Assembly: GCA_964023285.1 (NCBI GenBank) | Contig: CAXIEN010000093.1 | Location: 2,311,739-2,375,738, forward strand | Direction: 5' to 3' | Source: Larinioides sclopetarius | Lineage: Eukaryota | Length of the DNA: 64,000 nucleotides | Part shown: piece by piece, positions 1 to 12,949 of the stretch | How the letters are laid out: every line of letters starts with the position of its first letter | Position numbering within the stretch: the first letter of the stretch is position 1 | Notes under the pieces: model-generated | Databases searched by the model: none | What the model was told of the DNA's origin: nothing | The model's input: only the letters and a program-made list of their open reading frames with translations | Program-made: the position numbers and the translations under genes

Positions 1-179
1 ATTGTTTAACTTCCTAATTCTATGATGATAATATACATGATTGCAATGGAAGGAAGAATAATGACCCTTTACGGCTTCTCTCACTTATGGGAGCACTTCA
101 AATAGGGAGTGAGATTAGTTTAGTTTATTTATATTAAAATCCTGTTTTGAAGTAACATGAGGGCTAATATGGCCTCGTA

Positions 180-445
180 ATTTTGAACAGTGGTCAGATG
201 ACTAGGACAACACCTGAGCAGGCACCCTATTTTCTTCGCCGCACCAACGGGAATATGGGAGTGAGAGCCTGCCATATAAGTAAGCAATCTCGCTTCCCAG
301 AGGGATATGAAAGTGGTGGGGGGAATTACCTTCTCCCCATGACAGACCCCTCTATCTGAGGGGTCGTCGTGTGAACTGCTCGTAATAAGGGCTGTTATGC
401 GTCGACCACAGTGTCCCATTAATTGTCGCGGTTGCCAGGTCATTC
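180..445. other. GC-rich island of unknown origin, clearly different in composition from the AT-rich flanks; contains a 104-aa minus-strand ORF (129-443) with no recognisable motif
   Basis: Sharp local rise in G+C (runs such as ggggggaattacc and gtcgtcgtgtgaactgctcg). I cannot match it to any rRNA or snRNA sequence I can recall. Confidence 0.3.
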
Positions 446-1902
446 AATTTAAATCCGCATGCCTATACTGATCGGAATAATTCGTTCATATGGGTGATCG
501 AAAAGACCTAAGATCTTATCCTCCAAAGACTTTAAAAGAAGAAAAGGCTCTTTCCCCGGTTTCTTCGTCAAAATTCTTATCTTGAAAGGATTTTTGAGAT
601 TTCATCTATGATCAGTGACGAATCAAGTGAATAATGCAGGTAAAGCTGTGACGTGTATTATTATGGAAGATTTAAAGCAGTTCTGAATATGACCGTAAGC
701 TATTAAAAATAATTGGTGTTTTTGAAAACGCGGTTTAGTTTCAACTGACAACAATCGATATTTTTCTTCGCTTATCGATAACAGGGGTGCCAGCAGCCAG
801 CACATCTAACTTCAGCTATGGTGGAATATAGTCATAATGTAAAGATTATAAATACATCGAATAAATTTGCAAAGCATAATCATGAATATACAATTCATCC
901 CAAAGTAGATCGGAACAGCCTTTGTCAAATGCGATTAGAAAATACTCCGCTTACAAAATTTTATGATGCTTCAAAATAATTATGAAACGTTAAAAAAAAT
1001 CGTTTGCTTTTTCAACAAGAGCATCAAATGACAAGATGTCATCCCAATGCTCATTTTTGATTTTGAAAGGATCGAATGCTTCTTTTTTTACCACTTCATA
1101 TTCATTTTGAAATACGCATCCCCAATTTTTGGGGGGCAGTGCATGTGGATAGTTTTTTTGAAAAATGAACTTATAAATTCGTTTTCATATTTAAAAAACT
1201 ACAAATATAGCTTTAATTTTTAAAAAAATTTACACTTGATTAAACTTGAAATAATCTTTTTTTATCAAAATTTGTTACTTACTTACTAAAAAAATAATAG
1301 TAGATGGCATCTTAACTCAAAACTTTCTTTTACCATTAGAATACTTGAAATAATTTAGGATAAGAAAAAAATGAGCTTGTGTTTCCTAAAAATAAAAAGA
1401 AAATTCTTCTTTTCCAGAAAACTTGGATGAAACAGTTTTTTCCATCCAAGTTTTGAAAAGCGAACTGGAAACTTGGGGTCTGTTCCTAAATACTACTTCC
1501 AGTATACAATAGAGTTAAAGATATCACAAAATGTTTCTCATTCAGATTTCTCAGCGTTTCATTCATGACACTAGACAAATTTCTGTGCACACATTCCAAA
1601 CCTGTTCCTGTTTCATTCACTGCATACCCCAACTTTTCACGTCGGTAATATATCATATCCTATGTGGATCTTCTAAGAAAGAGAGTATTTTATTATTGTC
1701 TGCCGCAACGATATACTTTTTCTTCTCTCAATGACGACAAAAATTAGAGACCAAACAATAAAATAAGAATCTGCCACGAAAGACAGAGTAATATTTCCTG
1801 AATTTATCTGATTTTTATAACGTGCTTCAAGACTGCAATGATTTGGTGACAGAATCTCTACCGTGGCTTCAGAGGATAAATGGTCCGAAATACACTTCCA
1901 TG

Positions 1903-3782
1903 TTTTGAGGCTGCTGTTAAAGCCTGATTTCCACACAATCTAACAAAGCCCAGGCTTTGGATCCCAAAATTTTCAAAGTTGTTGTGGTCAAAATTAACTT
2001 TGCTCCTTTTTTAATATTTTTATTTTCGTTTTTAACTCGAATGGCTGTGTTTTCTACATTGTTTATTTACATTATAATGCCGTACCTACGTTATTCCTGT
2101 GTAATGCTAGTCGAAAGTATTTCTGTATCAAATACTCCATATTATGTACTATACTCTCTTTATGTTATAATTTCTGTAACGTCTTTTCTTACACATTCTT
2201 TAAAACCATGTACGTTCAAAGGAAAGTCCTTCATTCAACTACTGTCAATATATATCGGAATACCTTCTACACTTAATTCTTGAGGCTGCTGTTAAAGCCT
2301 GATTTCCACACAAGCTAACAAAGCCCAGTCTTTGGATCCCAAAATTTTCAAAGTTGTTGTGGTCAAAATTAACTTTGCTCCTTTTTTAATATTTTTATTT
2401 TCGTTTTTAACTCGAATGGCTGTGTTTTCTACATTGTTTATTTACATTATAATGCCGTACCTACGTTATTCCTGTGTAATGCTAGTCGAAAGTATTTCTG
2501 TATCAAATACTCCATATTATGTACTATACTCTCTTTATGTTATAATTTCTGTAACGTCTTTTCTTACACATTCTTTAAAACCATGTACGTTCAAAGGAAA
2601 GTCCTTCATTCAACTACTGTCAATATATATCGGAATACCTTCTACACTTAATTCTTGAGGCTGCTGTTAAAGCCTGATTTCCACACAAGCTAACAAAGCC
2701 CAGTCTTTGGATCCCAAAATTTTCAAAGTTGTTGTGGTCAAAATTAACTTTGCTCCTTTTTTAATATTTTTATTTTCGTTTTTAACTCGAATGGCTGTGT
2801 TTTCTACATTGTTTATTTACATTATAATGCCGTACCTACGTTATTCCTGTGTAATGCTAGTCGAAAGTATTTCTGTATCAAATACTCCATATTATGTACT
2901 ATACTCTCTTTATGTTATAATTTCTGTAACGTCTTTTCTTACACATTCTTTAAAACTATGTACGTTCAAAGGAAAGTCCTTCATTCAACTACTGTCAATA
3001 TATATCGGAATACCTTCTACACTTAATTCTTGAGGCTGCTGTTAAAGCCTGATTTCCACACAAGCTAACAAAGCCCAGTCTTTGGATCCCAAAATTTTCA
3101 AAGTTGTTGTGGTCAAAATTAACTTTGCTCCTTTTTTAATATTTTTATTTTCGTTTTTAACTCGAATGGCTGTGTTTTCTACATTGTTTATTTACATTAT
3201 ATTGCCGTACCTACGTTATTCCTGTGTAATGCTAGTCGAAAGTATTTCTGTATCAAATACTCCATATTATGTACTATACTCTCTTTATGTTATAATTTCT
3301 GTAACGTCTTTTCTTACACATTCTTTAAAACCATGTACGTTCAAAGGAAAGTCCTTCATTCAACTACTGTCAATATATATCGGAATACCTTCTACACTTA
3401 ATTCTTGAGGCTGCTGTTAAAGCCTGATTTCCACACAAGCTAACAAAGCCCAGTCTTTGGATCCCAAAATTTTCAAAGTTGTTGTGGTCAAAATTAACTT
3501 TGCTCCTTTTTTAATATTTTTATTTTCGTTTTTAACTCGAATGGCTGTGTTTTCTACATTGTTTATGTACATTATAATGCCGTACCTACGTTATTCCTGT
3601 GTAATGCTAGTCGAAAGTATTGCTGTATCAAATACTCCATATTATGTACTATACTCTCTTTATGTTATAATTTCTGTAACGTCTTTTCTTACACATTCTT
3701 TAAAACCATGTACGCTCAAAGGAAAGTCCTTCATTCAACTACTGTCAATATATATCGGAATACCTCCTACACTTAATTCTTT
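1903..3782. repeat. Tandem satellite, 375-bp unit x 5.0 copies, more than 98% identical between units
   Basis: The ORF track shows an identical 108-codon ORF starting at 1957, 2332, 2707, 3082 and 3457 (period exactly 375). Junction motif cttaattcttgaggctgctgttaaagcctgatttccacaca recurs at each boundary. The array ends abruptly at ttaattctt|tatggggccc. Confidence 0.95.
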
Positions 3783-4320
3783 ATGGGGCCCTGAAAGCAT
3801 TCTGTGCTCTGGTTCCTGAGTGATGTAAATCGGGCCTTGGTTACTGCCCGTTGAAACCCGGTACACTCATCCGATTTTAATCGGAGGAAATTTAGCAGAA
3901 AAATGCCAGAGAAGCGACGAGTGACATGAAATATACTGACAGCAGTTGGATACTGCAAACAACCGTAGTCACGGGTCCGGTTCTGTTGCAGAAAAATGAC
4001 GAGCAGAATGGCTGCTAATGATCAACAACGAACTTCAAAACCCTTCGCTTTTTTGCGCATGCGTCTGGAGGAGTTATTTTCGTCAAAATGGAGGGAAAGT
4101 GGAAAACGGAAGGGGAGATTTTCGCATTGTACCGAGTGTGAGCTAACAAAGAATTCCGGAAAATAGCTCATATAACTCATTGCCGGCTTAAAATCGACCA
4201 AAAGTGCTATGTCTCGGAATCCGTTGCCTAGCTATAATTACTATTTAGCCCCCCCCCCAACACCCCGGAAAATATAAGCTCATCCAGCCGCTATTTATGA
4301 TTTCAAGCCACTAATCATTT

Positions 4321-5775
4321 ATCTGGCATTTTGCCGCTAATAACTTGTTTAGCTAAAATCGGATTTAACGCTGAATCTAAATCAGTTGTCATGCTTCAAA
4401 TAAATTTTCTAATGTTGGTGTGGCGAGTAGCTGGGCAGTTTATGGGAAATGAGACACAGATTCAAGTTTCGTCCTCCTCATCAGATCTGAGAACAAAACT
4501 GTTGTGTCCCTCGGAACGGGTCAGATATTTAACAAATCAAACTATCTGGTTTTTTACTTTCTCGTATAGAGAAAGTTTTGTAATCGTCGAAAAATTCGAA
4601 CTCGAGATTTTGACGAATCTCCACGTTTTACACCTCCCTGAATCCGAAAAACACAATTTTGGAATTATGTCTGTCTGTCTGTCTGTGAACACGATAACTC
4701 ATTCATCTATTATAACTACAATTCTGAAACTTGGTATGTGGTCTTTGTACATAAATTGTAAGATTCTATCGAATTTTGGGCAAAACCCGCCCTCGGGAAG
4801 TATATCTGTCTGTCTGTCCGTGTCCACGTGAACTCAATAACCCAAAACTGGATTAGCTACATAGATAAAATTTGGTACACAATTTCCTCATCTTTAATGT
4901 ATGCACATATAAAATTTTGGGCTAAATCCGTCAAATGCTTGACCGTCAGTCGGTCTGTATTAATCAAATATTTGTAAAATTTATATCTCTTAAATCCTTT
5001 AGCGGAGATATATAAAATTTAGTATGACGTATGCTATTAATAATTGTAGACCTATATAAAAGTTTCATCCCATTCGGTTTACTAGAAGTGTTTTAATTGC
5101 GAACCCCATTTTATAGATAACGCGCTGACCGCATTTATTTAAACTTCTGGCACGTCGTTTTGTGAGCTAAGGAAAGGGTAGAAAGTAGAACTTTCTAAGT
5201 TCTTTTTTATTTCATTTCGGCTCCCTTTTCCCCCTTTGGGCGAATTGTGATGGGGTTTGGATTATTTTAATTACTTGGAAATTAATGACGTTTCGGGTAT
5301 AGAGCAGATTCAAAACTTTTTATACGGTTTATAGTCTTTAGAGTCGGTGGAATTTTTTTTATCCACGCTGGAGGATGGGTATAGAGCAGATTCAAAACTT
5401 TTTATACGGTTTATAGTTTTTAGAGTCGGTGGAATTTTTTTATCCACGCTGGGGAGGATGGCAAACAGCTTAACTCTTGGGAACTATACGAGAACGTTTA
5501 GGGAAGGCCACTTCCACTGGTTTTATTACTGAATCGTTTCTCCGGCATTTTGCCGCTAATAACTTGTTTAGCTAAAATCGGATGTAACGCCGAACCTAAA
5601 TCAGTTGTCACGCTTCAAATTTTCTAATGTTGGTGTAACGAGTAGCGGGGCAGTTTATGGGAAATGAGACACAGATTCAAGTTTCGTCCTCCTCATCAGA
5701 TCTTAGAACAAAACTGTCGTGTCCCTCGGAACGGGTCAGATATTTATCAAATCAAACTATCTGGATTTTTTTTTT
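4321..5775. mobile_element. Composite repeat: about 980-bp internal segment flanked by about 235-bp direct terminal repeats (4321-4560 and 5543-5775). LTR/TRIM-like architecture, unclassified.
   Basis: Left repeat tctggcattttgccgctaataacttgtttagctaaaatcggat...caaactatctgg recurs at 5543-5775 with a few substitutions. The internal segment is a repeat family with a second, unflanked copy at 49803-50612. Confidence 0.6.
5285..5460. repeat. Internal tandem duplication (about 83 bp x 2) inside the composite repeat
   Basis: gtatagagcagattcaaaactttttatacggtttatagt(c/t)tttagagtcggtggaattttttt(t)atccacgctgg occurs twice back to back. The paralogous copy at about 50460-50560 has it once. Confidence 0.85.
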
Positions 5776-6119
5776 ATTACTGAATTATTCTGTAGCTAAA
5801 AAAACAGAAAAAAGGCAGGAAAAAGTGCCAACATAATACAATATATGAAAATTATAAGCTGTGTATTTTTAAATGCTTTTACTAAGTTGAAAGGGTTTCA
5901 TGTTTGTATGTGTGCATGTAAGATTGGAATTTTATGAGCAATTTTTTTCTCACTTCTTATGCGATAGAGTTTTGAAATTTTGTTTGTTTATTGGATCATA
6001 ATAACATTGCAATATTTTGATACTAAAAGAGATGTCAGTTGTCAATTTTTAAATCATTATCAATGACCTTAAAATATCAATGATGAAGTAGGTAGCTGCC
6101 CATGTTGATACACAGGAAT

Positions 6120-6341
6120 GGCGCTAGAATTTGCCACCTGGGGGTCCTATTTCCTCTACAGGAAACATTATGACCTGCTGTACGAGGGGACGAGTGCAAT
6201 CAAAAGAGTCTCAAATTTTCGCCAGACATTATTTATCAACTATAGTTGAATACCATGTGCAAAATTTTTCCCCAATCGGGGGGGGGGGGTACGGTATCTC
6301 CACCGGAGGGCCATGAAACCCCCCAATTACCCTCTAGCGCC
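6120..6341. mobile_element. Possible small MITE-like insertion (222 bp) with short terminal inverted repeats, containing a poly-G tract
   Basis: Starts atggcgctaga and ends tctagcgccat (11-bp inverted termini). The interior is GC-rich relative to the flanks, with ggggggggggg at 6278-6290. Confidence 0.3.
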
Positions 6342-9300
6342 ATCCCAGCAGATACCTAACATTGCGGCAATGAGTCAGATTTCGCTCTTTAATCAGATTA
6401 AAAAGTATAAGCACTTCAATTCCTGTTTTTGATTCTGACGCAAAACTACTCTCGCCCAGGCCTCTCGGGGTTGTTAAAAAGGTCCTGCTTGTTTTCTCTT
6501 CTTATTTGTAAACTTTAAATAATTGTCCACAATCAGAGCATTCAGTTTTCTTCTATATATAAAATTCAAGCTATGAATAACAAATTAAAATTTTATCGAT
6601 TACTTAAACTTATATAATTAACAGCAATTCAATCAATTATTAATTACGAAATCATTTATTAATTACTGACAGAAAATCAACTAATTATTCACATTTGTTA
6701 AAAAAAATTTGTTAAAACATTGGCATGACTATTCCTTTATATCCAACATGAAGTACTATAAGGGGGATAAATAAGCTATAAGGAATGTCTTTAAAGGTAG
6801 GTTGGGGCAAGGTCTCTTAAAAACAAATAAAATATAAATTGATTGAAATGAAGCTTAATATGCCTGTTTGAGCATATCGAACTGAAAAAAGAGAGGAATT
6901 AAATGTCTTTTTATCTGTTCTTTAGATCACAAACATAACTATCAAAAGGATAATGTGAAATGTTTATTTAGAACAGCCGGAGCAATTTTGGCGAAACATG
7001 TTCTATTAATTGACTTCAGCATGTTAATTACCAAAATATTAGTTTTTAAAAGATTCCAACTTTGTTCACCAACAATAATAAGGATAGAAATGGTCCCTAG
7101 AAGGCATTCTTTTGGTTTGAGTGGAAGTCAGTCCTGGAATTATACCGAGCAAAGGGCTAATTAGCATTAAAATCTTATGATTAGGGTCCCTAAAATAAAT
7201 TATTCTCCCAAATTGATGAATAATGTAAGGATAAAATGTTTTAAATGAATGATATTTTTGTACTATTTATTTATGGATATTTTTACAAAAATATTGATTC
7301 TCGCAATAAAAAAATTAATAAATATTTTATTTACTATTAATAATTCAGAAACCGGTCTTACCTACACTTTTGATTTTTAAAAGCACTGATTGTTGTTGTT
7401 GTTGCTTGAAGCTTTGAGACGTATGCTCGCTAAAAGCAAAAGCACTGAGCAAGGCCGGGTCATTGATAGAAAGAAAAGAGTAAACACATCATTTTTGAAA
7501 TAAATCTGGTGCCCTTTTTTAATAGTGCAGCCATCTAGTGAGCATAAAAGACGTTAAAATTTAATTCTGGGATTCCCAGTATCTAAATTACCTTTACAGA
7601 TATCATGATAGACCTGAAAAGTGAAAAATAGAAGTATCTTGAAATTTATTTAAACTAAAGATTATATTCCTGCCTCCGTTGGAAATGAACATTTTAAAAC
7701 GAAGTAAAACTGAAATGAAAAATGAACGACAACGCATGTAAAAACTTTAAAAAATATTAAGATAATCAATAAGCTTAAAATCGGAGGACAGAAAATCTAT
7801 TTTAATATCAGTGGCAACAGTAAGCAGGGAAAAAGGGCAGTCGCCTCCCAATTTTTCTGGCTGTTACGCTGTTTAAAATTAGGTTTAAAATTTTTTTATT
7901 GTTATTCTATTAAATTTTTTTTTAAATTTTAGTTGTTTAAAATTAGAAATTATAAGTTGCCTCTTCTTTCTGTGTCTTTCGACACGGGTTTATTCAACAC
8001 AAATGGTGTGCCAAATTAGGTGATAATAATAGTGCCCGTTTCTACCGGGCGTGCACGAAGGCGGCCGGCATTAAGGGCGACTGCTGCCGCCTTCATTATT
8101 ATTTTTTCTTTTTCAAATTATTAAAAAAAATATTCTTTCTCAAATTATCCAAGTTTTTTTAAATTTCAGAAATTATTAATAGACTTCTATTTTCTTTATA
8201 ATTTGGTTATATTCAATTAAGACAAAGATTCAAAGGATGGAAATAGTTCTGCTGAAGCTTTCTTTACAAAAAACCCTTGAATTGTTGTCTTATTGTGATT
8301 ACTATCTTAAGCAATCTATCTTTTTTACAGCTGAAGGTAAAATAAAATCAGTCTCAAAAATTGAGACTCCCTGAAGTCCTTCTGAGAAAAATAATTACAA
8401 TCATTTGGTGGAATAAGTTATATTTGAGTACCAAACCGAAACATGTAAAATCGCGGCTATTGGACGATTTAGGATAGGAAATGCTAGGGCAAAATTGTCA
8501 TTTCTGTCTTGGGTCAGCAGAAAGTTCTATTAAGAAAAACCGCTTCTTTTTGGCACTGTCTGAAAAGAGTAATTTCTGACTTTGAAAGTTTAAACTATTA
8601 TTACTCTATTTTAACACTGGCTCTTTTGTGACCGCAATTATCACTTAGCACACAAGAAAAATCAAACGCAGTTGTTCTACCCTAAACATATAATCATAAT
8701 AAGAAGGGAGATAGATCGCTCAAAATTTTATAAATACGCACAGGTAAAATTTATCAATACATTTTGGTGTCAAAAACAAGATGTAGCAGTAGGACTTTTT
8801 TCACCCTCCGGTTAACAAAAACCGCTTTTTTTTTAAATTTTTACAAATTTTTAAATGACCCTGATTTGTGTGTGCAAACTATATATATATATATAATCCA
8901 GGTTATTTACTCCTGTTTCTATCGCAAGCTTCGTTCCTACGGCCTGTCATCCCACAGTCACCACGAATTTGGGTCGAAGGGTGCCTTATTTCTGGTGGTG
9001 GGAACGGAGATATCCAATGTCTGTTATGGACATCAGCTCGAATCAGCTGAGTCTCATAGCGAATCTATAAATATTAAAAGATAAGACGCGCGGGATGGTA
9101 GTGCCAATACATCCGCTCTGCAAACGCATTGAGAAATGTTGGCCAGACAAAGAGGTTGAGGCACCGTGTATCCTTTTCAGGTTGGTGCGATGTTACGAGA
9201 AATTACACGTCTTCGGAACAGCTTATCTGATAAAAATCAGATCAGCCATAAATCCCACCAGATGCCATTGGAATATACGATAGTAGGAACAAGGCTATAG

Positions 9301-9436
9301 AGAAGAACAAAGGGAGGAGGGGGATATGTTTGAACTGTCTTTCTGTCGCAAGAACACCACTGAAACGGTGAATACTCTTGAAATGTAATTTGCACGTTCC
9401 AAGATTAATTCTACTTCTTCAAATTTTCAAAATACA

Positions 9437-10508
9437 TATATCTCTTCTATATAATTATATGATTGAAACCGAGTAATACTAAAAACAAAAAAAAATATTG
9501 AAAAATTTATGAAAAAATTGAAATAGCAGCGCCACCTGTCAAGCAATCTGTACAGAAATTTTAAGAACATTAATTTAAGTCAAGACAAAACTAAATATAA
9601 AATTTTATGAAATTTCTCCAATTAGTTTTTTATGTAGAGTGGATACAAAAAATAGTGAAAAACGGAATAGCAGCCTCACCTGCTGAGCGATCTATACCAA
9701 AATCTAATCAGCACCAATTTATGTTAAAATACAACTAAATATAAAATTTCTAAAGACGACTAAGTTATGGCGGAAGAGCCCAGTACCAGGGCTGGACAGG
9801 GTGATGACTTATAGTGATATATAATGATATTGTAACAGGACTACCTTCCGAGCGTGCCGCCTAGCGGACGTACCAAGAAAACATTAGTTGAAGCCTTGGA
9901 AGTCGTGAGTGAAATATGTTTTCCGCCCCGAGAACTCCGAACTGCAAACTCTATCCTTATGCGTTTGTCTTTAATTATTTGTAATGTTTGACCCCATGTA
10001 TCAAGTTCCTTTTTTTTTGGAATCGCGAAAACTTTCGACCTCCGTTTTTTGATGGATTTATGCGTTTTGAGGGGGGTCCTGAACACGATTTCACTATTTT
10101 TAGAAAATATATGTCTGTGCGTCTGTCTGTGTGCTGTGTGTTACACAAATTTTATGGGCGCGCTAGCGTAAAAACTACTTTACAGAATTTCATGAAATTT
10201 TATATTTAGTTGAATTTTAATATAAATTGGTGCTGAATGGATTTTGGCGTAGATCACTCAACAGGTGTCGCTGCTATTCCGTTTTTTTTCACGACTTTTT
10301 GTATCCACTTTACATCAAAAACTAATGGGGGAAATTTCATGAAATTTAATACTTAGTTTTTTCTTGACTTAAATTAATGTTCATGAAATTTTTGTGAAGA
10401 TCGCTTTACAGGTGGAGCTGCTATTTCAATTTTTTCATAAATTTTTCAATATTTGTTTTAGTATATCTCGGTTTCAATCATATAATTATATAGAAGAAAG
10501 TTTTGTGA
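9437..10508. mobile_element. Foldback-type element: about 310-bp inverted arms (9437-9750 and 10195-10508) around an about 445-bp spacer. Each arm is built of two about 145-bp tandem subunits.
   Basis: The reverse complement of 10195-10508 aligns at roughly 90% to 9437-9750 (for example attgaaatagcagcgccacctgtcaagc versus rc ...attgaaatagcagctccacctgtaaagc). The subunit motif aaatagcagc..cacctg...aaatataaaatttc appears twice per arm. Confidence 0.85.
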
Positions 10509-11598
10509 TGGCCACATCATACTAGTTGTATAATTAAATGTATTTGTTTCAAGCAAGCATCTTTTTTTTAACATCTTCTGTTTTCCCTAACACAAATGTA
10601 AGTTGGCTCACTTCTGATTAGTTAGTTTTATTGTCGGTTGCAATATGATCTTTAACTATTGTTAAAATTTTAGTGAACGAAATTTGCTCTGTTTGATATA
10701 TTTATCAACCTCTAGATCCCAAGCAGATTTTCACTTATCAGCAGTTTTTTCTTCAGTGAAATTTACTATATAAATTTTTCGCCACTAATGTTAATGTTTT
10801 CTTTCTTCAATTATAATATAATTTGTTTTTTCTTTTGCTGTTGAATTGCAAATTCTTAGTTTCATTCTAATATTGCCACTATTGTAATTCAGGTTTCTTT
10901 TTTTACATCTTGACTAAGAAAAAAATGAAAATGAACTTTCATTGTCTTTACAGAATTTATTGTTTTGAAAATTTTAATAGCTATCTTTTATTATACATAA
11001 TTGATATTTTTAACATTTTTCTTGAAACTATTTTTGGAAACCTACTTTCTACTTTAGAATTATTTCTTTTAGATTTCAAAATTGTATTATTCTTTCATTT
11101 GGTAATTGATAAGACGTTTAGATATTTGAGAACTTTCTCAACTGTTAATTTTTTGCTTTTCAGTTTAGCCTTGTAAGAACATTTAGCTCAATACAATTAA
11201 CACTAAAATATTTCATTTCGTAATCAAGGAGAGAAAACGGTAAGTTAAATTCACATGTATTTGAATTTTCATTAAATTTCAATTTTTAATCTTAACAAAC
11301 AATGAAGATAAGATTTTAAATATTTATGCATTCCGTGTCAATTATTTAAAAGTCTGAATTTTCCTGTCGAGCAAGTTTGTCTGCGAAGGTGGTTATTTAG
11401 AAATATATTAAAATTATAATCAGAAGCTACCATAAGCGGAATAAAGTTTTTACAAAGAAAGCTTGTAGATATGGCTGATCAACAGGTTCATGGATAATAC
11501 AAAGCTCATCCAGATAGTAAGTATACCGTTTGAGTATTGAAAATATAAGCAATTGTTTTTATTTGTATTCTATTACAAAATAATCTACACACCTTAAA

Positions 11599-12010
11599 CT
11601 ACTTTTCGACAAACTCACCATGCGAGTTAAGGCATGTCTCATGTCTAAGCACTAAATGCAACATACTCGCTTCGTAGAGTTCTACTGCATGGGACCTTAA
11701 CCAGTCTTGGTCGTTTATCTTAATCTTATCGTCACCTACAAATTGCTGGACGGTAAGAGATTTCCTGATATGAGAAAACAAAGGGAGGTCGGATCGTAAA
11801 ATGTTTTAAAATTCATTCACAAAGCAGAAATCGTGAATAGGCAATTGGAACAAAAGTTTTTTCGTTGATGCAGCGTACCAATTCTTCGATGATCATTGTG
11901 CTCCTCGTCTTGTGTGGACATTTTCTCTTCCTTCGCTAAACATCCTAACCCTCTTTCCTACCAGACCTTCACTCATCGAGTTCTCGCCTTAAGTTCCACT
12001 TATCCAAAGA
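11599..12010 (-). pseudogene. Degenerate mariner-like transposase C-terminal remnant
   Basis: Minus-strand ORF 11599-11781 ends ...ETCLNSHGEFVEK*, resembling the C-terminal ...W.KCI.S.GEYFE* of mariner transposases. Upstream in minus orientation there is RKKKYSILW, compare PKKVMLSVWW. Similarity is weak and other frames are broken. Confidence 0.3.
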
Positions 12011-12949
12011 TAAATTTCACAAGATCGAATATTTCTTCTTTCTTTCACATATCACAGCTGGTAGGACGCTAGATTATTTTAAACATGATTACAAATAAAA
12101 TCTTACTGCTGTCAGATAGGGATGTATAATCCACGATATTTTTAATAACTAATATTTCTGCTATTATTATTTTTAAATATTTAATCTAAATAAGTGTGAT
12201 TTTAATCACACTTTTAACTTTCAAATTCTTATTAAAAGTATAAAAAGCTTATTGAAGAAATTTTAAATAAAAATAATCTATTTGTTTTATTACATTTTAT
12301 GAAAAATTGTATGTTTTTAGTTCTATATATTGTCGATAGATGGCGCTTTGTAGCGAAAACTACTTAAAAAATTCCGAGTAATTGAGATCACCACAAATAT
12401 TTCCATCAATCGCAGAAGCTGACTTCAACACAGTTCACCATTCCGAATTCCTTTGCAGTGAATCGCAATTTCGATCATTTTAAGTGACGACGCAGTTTAT
12501 GGATTGATTGCGAAGAGCTGGAGCAATTTATAATGAATCATACTTCATCATTTTCCGTTCCGAATCAGATGCGCAAATGGTACTTATTTTCTGGTTGAGC
12601 TTAGTAGATATTAAGCCAATTATTTAAGTGTTGACTGAAACAAAATGTTGTGTAAGCACAGTTTATTTTTTTTATAATTTTCTCCGGAATCCAGCACCTT
12701 TTAAAATAACTTTACTCTCAGTTTGGCTTTGAAAAAATAAAAAATAACAATGTGCTCCTTTTACACCCAGCAAAAAATTAATTAAAATTGTATTTATATT
12801 TTACTTTTCCAACAATATGTAGATTAGAGTTGTTAAATTTATTATATTTTTAAGAATATCATTTTTATTAAATCTCTTTAATAAATCAGGTTTTAAAGAG
12901 GAATGAAAATTAACGAAAATGTGTTACGCAAGGGGAGGGCGCAGCTTGG

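Noticed and set aside
180-445. rRNA or snRNA gene
   Set aside because: No match to the 5S, 5.8S, U1 or U2 sequences I can recall. Left as unassigned GC-rich DNA.
1903-3782. Tandem array as a possible CRISPR locus
   Set aside because: The unit is 375 bp with no unique spacers, and the window is eukaryotic. It is not a CRISPR array.
1957-3819. Five consecutive 108-120-aa ORFs that look like a tandem gene array
   Set aside because: They are the same 375-bp satellite unit read in one frame. The inter-copy differences are all non-synonymous and the peptide is low-complexity and hydrophobic. The ORF is most plausibly incidental.
4331-4831. 166-aa ORF
   Set aside because: It lies entirely within the composite repeat, includes (GTCT)n-encoded low-complexity stretches, and has no splice or start context.
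8764-9283. Cluster of 60-106-aa + strand ORFs
   Set aside because: No splice sites or domain-like sequence. The region contains a (TA)n tract and mixed composition, so these are likely chance ORFs.
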